From the IMG/VR virus record IMGVR_UViG_3300025151_004056: a stretch of DNA of 20,000 nucleotides; one strand, 5' to 3'. The stretch's first letter is position 1, and every line of letters begins with the position of its first letter. Position numbers and translations under genes: made by a program. Positions 16,872 through 20,000 of this stretch are shown here, piece after piece. The notes below the pieces were generated by a model, which searched no databases, had not been told where the DNA came from, and was given only the letters and a program-made list of their open reading frames with translations. The DNA comes from an uncultured virus (IMG/VR IMGVR_UViG_3300025151_004056). Lineage: Duplodnaviria > Heunggongvirae > Uroviricota > Caudoviricetes.

Positions 16872-18289
16872 TAGATGCCTTTGCCAAACTGAGTTTTAGG
16901 ATTTTTAGTTTTCTTTTTGCCCGGTCTAACAAGTGGAGGACGACCATCACGTTGAATATTACCTAGTCCCATTGCTTTTGCTTGTTTCTTCATTGTATCT
17001 GGATGTACATCTACTGTCAGAGCATAAGAAAATCTTGGATCATTTCTTTGTGCTTCACTTGGAATGTAACCTGATGCTTCACCGATCATATCAGGTCTTC
17101 TAGCGGGTTGTGATAATTGTTTAATTTCGTAAGGACCTTCGATTCCTCTCTTTTTAAGAAAGTCAACAAGTTTTTCTAGTTTTGCTTTGCTTACATCTTT
17201 GACATTTGGTTTGCCGTTTACATACAAAGCATATTCTACTTGAGGTTCTTCCATCATCTTAGATATATCATTCATATCTACATCGTCTTTAGCACCTCTG
17301 TTTATTCTTTCAACTGCGGCTAAAAAACTAACCATCTTGTCATAATATTCTATATCTTTTGCAAGATTTTTTACTGCTATTTTGTATGCATCGGATTTAT
17401 CTTTGTTGTTTAATTGCATTTCAAACTTAATTGCCGCATCTAAATATTTTGCGACCTCTATGTTTTTCATGTTAAACTGTTTTGCTAACTGCTCTACGCC
17501 ATCTTCGCCTTCTGCAATATTGACTTTGCTATTATAAACACCAATAGATTCTTCAAACGTTCTGCGTAACAGTTCTTCTTCGATAGATAATTGCTCGCCT
17601 CTTAACTTGTTACGTAAATCAAATAGTGCTTGAAAGTATCCTTTGGATCTGATAGCCTTAAATGCTAAATTCTCAGGACCGAACTCTCCTTTCTTATCTA
17701 AGCCTGCTTGTCTGTATCGTTTAATAATAGATAGAACTTGATTGACTTGATCGATATTTTTTGATTTGAGTCCTTTAAGACACAATTCTTCTAATCTTTC
17801 AAACTTATGTTCTGCTGATATTTCATCTAAGTTTGCTCTTTGTTTGGTAGGGAAACGAGTAAACTTATCTTTCATTAGACTGTATTCGCCTAAACTAGTA
17901 TGTGCTTGTGCTGTGTCTTGTACGTATAACTCTACAGGAATACCTCTAACTGTAATGTCATATGTGTCGTTATATAAAGACTTTTTAGCATTGAACAATT
18001 CTTTGTAAACATCTGACTCAGGAAGTTCTGCAAAATCTACAAGTAGATGCAAATCAATATCCGAATGAGGTGTGTATGTAAATGCAACATTACTACCAGT
18101 AATGATTACATCTTCTACAGCAAGATCAGGAATACCCATGAATTCTATAAAGTCATCAGTGATGATTTCTAGTTGTTTTTTGATGTTTGGCTTCAATTTA
18201 TTGTTTTCATCAAACAGCAAAGGATTCAACTCATCATGGAAGTTGATCGCATCTTCGATTTTGAATTTCTCTAGTTCAGTTATGTTCAT
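16868..18289 (-). CDS. Multidomain protein with an N-terminal DNA polymerase beta-superfamily nucleotidyltransferase domain
   Basis: hGS...DxD signature (IITGSNVAFTYTPHSDIDLHL) and a third acidic strand (VELYVQD), followed by further C-terminal modules. Confidence 0.8.
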   Translation of the reverse strand: MNITELEKFKIEDAINFHDELNPLLFDENNKLKPNIKKQLEIITDDFIEFMGIPDLAVEDVIITGSNVAFTYTPHSDIDLHLLVDFAELPESDVYKELFNAKKSLYNDTYDITVRGIPVELYVQDTAQAHTSLGEYSLMKDKFTRFPTKQRANLDEISAEHKFERLEELCLKGLKSKNIDQVNQVLSIIKRYRQAGLDKKGEFGPENLAFKAIRSKGYFQALFDLRNKLRGEQLSIEEELLRRTFEESIGVYNSKVNIAEGEDGVEQLAKQFNMKNIEVAKYLDAAIKFEMQLNNKDKSDAYKIAVKNLAKDIEYYDKMVSFLAAVERINRGAKDDVDMNDISKMMEEPQVEYALYVNGKPNVKDVSKAKLEKLVDFLKKRGIEGPYEIKQLSQPARRPDMIGEASGYIPSEAQRNDPRFSYALTVDVHPDTMKKQAKAMGLGNIQRDGRPPLVRPGKKKTKNPKTQFGKGIY

Positions 18290-18294
18290 ATAAC

Positions 18295-18300
18295 TATTTA
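18295..18300 (-). promoter_or_regulatory. T4-like late promoter core (TAAATA), 5 nt upstream of ATG 18289
   Basis: Minus strand reads GATAAATAGTTAT-ATG. Confidence 0.6.
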
Positions 18301-18311
18301 TCGAAATAGGC

Positions 18312-18333
18312 GAGGGGCAAATAAATGCCCCTC
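18312..18333 (-). terminator. GC-rich hairpin closing the tmRNA transcript
   Basis: GAGGGGCA-TTTATT-TGCCCCTC is a perfect 8-bp stem with only a weak U-tail. Confidence 0.6.
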
Positions 18334-18371
18334 TAGGTGTTCGGTGACGAGGTACCTTAGACCTCGGGGGA

Positions 18372-18413
18372 CTAGGCCGCTAGGGCGTAGTCTTCCATTG
18401 TATAATCGTTGCC
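18372..18413 (-). other. tmRNA proteolysis tag reading frame, (A)GNDYTMEDYALAA*
   Basis: GGC AAC GAT TAT ACA ATG GAA GAC TAC GCC CTA GCG GCC TAG after an A/T-rich resume context (ATAATT). The stop is enclosed in a helix-5-like stem, GACTA-c-GCC/GGC-c-TAGTC. Confidence 0.88.
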
Positions 18414-18578
18414 AATTATAATTTTGCTTGATTTACGGTCATCGCCTACCGTGTTGTCTGTTCAGTTACTGAGTCACCCTGTCGAATCCCTTACACCCCC
18501 TCTGCTGTTTATTGGTGGAGGTGGCCGGAGTCGAACCGGCGTCCAAAGCGCCTTTTACTTCACTTCATACAACAATAA

Positions 18579-18947
18579 TTAATCAAGTAGTTCTTTAATA
18601 ACAAGAACTTTGATTACGGTATCTGCTACTTCGTCTATATCATCTTTCAGATATTTGACTTCAGTATGTACCTTATGTCTAGCATAACCTGTGTAGTAAG
18701 GAACTGCATTACTACCCATGTGTACCATAGTATTACCACGTCTTTGATGTGTATGCATACTATAGTGACGAGGATATTTTACAATCCTACCGTCAATGAT
18801 ACGAGTTGCACCCGTATATGCTGACTGTTTCTCACGCATGAGACGTTGGTCAGATTTTTCTGCTTCTACTGGACATGCAACCATAATTGCTAAAAACCCT
18901 ACAATTAATGTTGTGCCCAACTGTCTGCCTGTTATCTTCATACCCAT
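18579..18947 (-). CDS. Hypothetical protein with an N-terminal signal peptide or membrane anchor
   Basis: 122 aa; basic N-terminus plus hydrophobic LGTTLIVGFLAIMVAC; Shine-Dalgarno-like AAGGA; TATAAT/TAAATA upstream at 18966-18976. Confidence 0.7.
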   Translation of the reverse strand: MGMKITGRQLGTTLIVGFLAIMVACPVEAEKSDQRLMREKQSAYTGATRIIDGRIVKYPRHYSMHTHQRRGNTMVHMGSNAVPYYTGYARHKVHTEVKYLKDDIDEVADTVIKVLVIKELLD

Positions 18948-19023
18948 ATCCTTTTGCTGAGAATGTATTTATTATAACACAATTAGACTGTAGGCATATA
19001 CTTTTGGGTAAATCATTTTTAAC

Positions 19024-19029
19024 TAAATA
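19024..19029 (+). promoter_or_regulatory. T4-like late promoter core (TAAATA), 5 nt upstream of ATG 19035
   Basis: Plus strand reads CTAAATACATAC-ATG. Confidence 0.6.
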
Positions 19030-19034
19030 CATAC

Positions 19035-20000
19035 ATGCGTTATTATGAATTCATAGTCGAGTACCGAACCGATATCACTAAGAATCGTTTTCAGAACGGT
19101 ATCCTAGAAAAACTGCGGTTCGGTGAATATCTACGATTACAGCCATACTCAGATAAAAATTATATCTCAGATGGTCAACCAAGTGACTATCAAAAAATGG
19201 CATTTAATATCATGGGTCTTAAACATCAATACCCAAAACAACTATGGACACTATTAACACAAGAAATATATGACAAACATAAAGACGATATCGTTAACAT
19301 GATTATATCGTGTATGGAGCAAATTGATCCTACACAAAACAAACAATATGTTCCTTATCTCACGCAATGGTTTATTAATGCAGATGAAATAGGACGAGAT
19401 GCATTCCCTAATTGGGAAGATGCTACATCAACTCTTAAAGAATCATTAATAATGTATTACAAATTAAGAGAACGTATCCCAGAAAAATACAGAGACATTG
19501 GCCAATATAAAAGTGTTGGAGACTTTATGAATGGCGTACAAGCCCTTCGATCACAATATGGTAAACAAGAACAACTAGATAAAGGCGAAAGTGAAATAGT
19601 CTACAACAGCAAATATGCAACAATCTATTGGCCTAAAGATGAGCAAGGTTCTTGTTATTTAGGACAAGGAACACAGTGGTGTACAGCCTCAACTAGATCC
19701 GCTAACTATTTTGACTCATATAACAAAGACGGACCTTTAGTTATTGTTAACATGAAAGAAAAGATAAGAGTCAACGATGGTTGGATAATTGACGATGACG
19801 GCGGAGAACATGAAGACCCATATGGCGAAAAGTATGAGAACAAAATTCAGGCTCATATGGAAGTTGATCCTGATGACAAAGGCGAGTTGTTATGGCAATG
19901 GGATAGCATTGCAGACACACAAGATGAAGAAGTAGATTTTACAACTTTATATGATGATAATCCAAACTTTAAAGCAATGTGGGATAGTCCAGAATTTCAA
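19035..20000 (+). CDS. Large-phage hypothetical protein (GxGTxWCT motif), truncated at the window end
   Basis: Not in the ORF track. Open for 322 codons: MRYYEFIVEYRTDITK...IDPTQNKQYVPYL...SCYLGQGTQWCTASTRSANYFDSYNKDGPL... Confidence 0.85.
   Translation, partial: MRYYEFIVEYRTDITKNRFQNGILEKLRFGEYLRLQPYSDKNYISDGQPSDYQKMAFNIMGLKHQYPKQLWTLLTQEIYDKHKDDIVNMIISCMEQIDPTQNKQYVPYLTQWFINADEIGRDAFPNWEDATSTLKESLIMYYKLRERIPEKYRDIGQYKSVGDFMNGVQALRSQYGKQEQLDKGESEIVYNSKYATIYWPKDEQGSCYLGQGTQWCTASTRSANYFDSYNKDGPLVIVNMKEKIRVNDGWIIDDDGGEHEDPYGEKYENKIQAHMEVDPDDKGELLWQWDSIADTQDEEVDFTTLYDDNPNFKAMWDSPEFQ

Larger units (their letters stand above)
18312..18575 (-). ncRNA. ssrA: Circularly permuted (two-piece) tmRNA; outer ends approximate
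   Basis: In minus-strand order: T-arm GCCGG-TTCGACT-CCGGC (18540-18524), acceptor 3' strand CACCTCC-A-CCA (18523-18513), a 12-nt spacer, then the 5' end GGGGGTG-TAAGGGATTCGAC from 18500. The 7-bp acceptor stem has G3-U70. A PK1-like stem and tag reading frame follow. Confidence 0.93.

Noticed and set aside
318..18293. Short plus-strand ORFs in the track (e.g. 318-533, 1392-2255, 4112-4430, 5991-6362, 13872-14165, 17766-18293)
   Set aside because: They are antisense shadows of well-supported minus-strand genes and have no recognisable motifs or expression signals.
18513..18575. tRNA-Ala-like element (T-arm plus CCA)
   Set aside because: There is no upstream D-arm or anticodon arm. The matching 5' acceptor strand lies downstream and leads into a tag ORF, so this is part of the permuted tmRNA.
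18850..19032. 60-aa minus-strand ORF
   Set aside because: It overlaps the 122-aa gene out of frame and spans the divergent promoter region.
1..20000. Stop-codon reassignment, as seen in some large phages
   Set aside because: Conserved genes translate full-length in the standard code, TAA and TGA both end genes, and coding density is high.

Overview
AT-rich fragment of a large T4-like (jumbo-type) tailed phage genome, probably aquatic. Almost all genes lie on the minus strand, with a strand switch near 19,000. The left part is a late/morphogenesis block: a truncated conserved protein, the terminase large subunit, a SAM methyltransferase, small virion-type proteins and a 3TM holin. Next comes a sugar-modification cluster (epimerase, radical SAM/SPASM enzyme, DegT aminotransferase, glycosyltransferase-like protein), then thyX and several small hypotheticals. 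These are followed by an early MoxR-type AAA+ ATPase and a vWA-metallopeptidase under near-consensus sigma70 promoters, a 2OG-Fe(II) oxygenase-like gene and a Pol-beta-family nucleotidyltransferase. The main points not in the ORF track are: (1) a complete circularly permuted (two-piece) tmRNA gene at about 18312-18575 with a 12-nt intervening segment and tag GNDYTMEDYALAA; (2) a ubiquitin-like N-terminal domain in the 184-aa protein of the late block; (3) repeated TAAATA-N4-5-ATG architecture implying leaderless late mRNAs; (4) three early promoters sharing a position-exact CCAAAGG spacer element; (5) an unannotated 52-aa Bfd-like ORF; (6) T4-style capsid-targeting-like N-termini. All family assignments are by-eye motif recognition; no searches were run.
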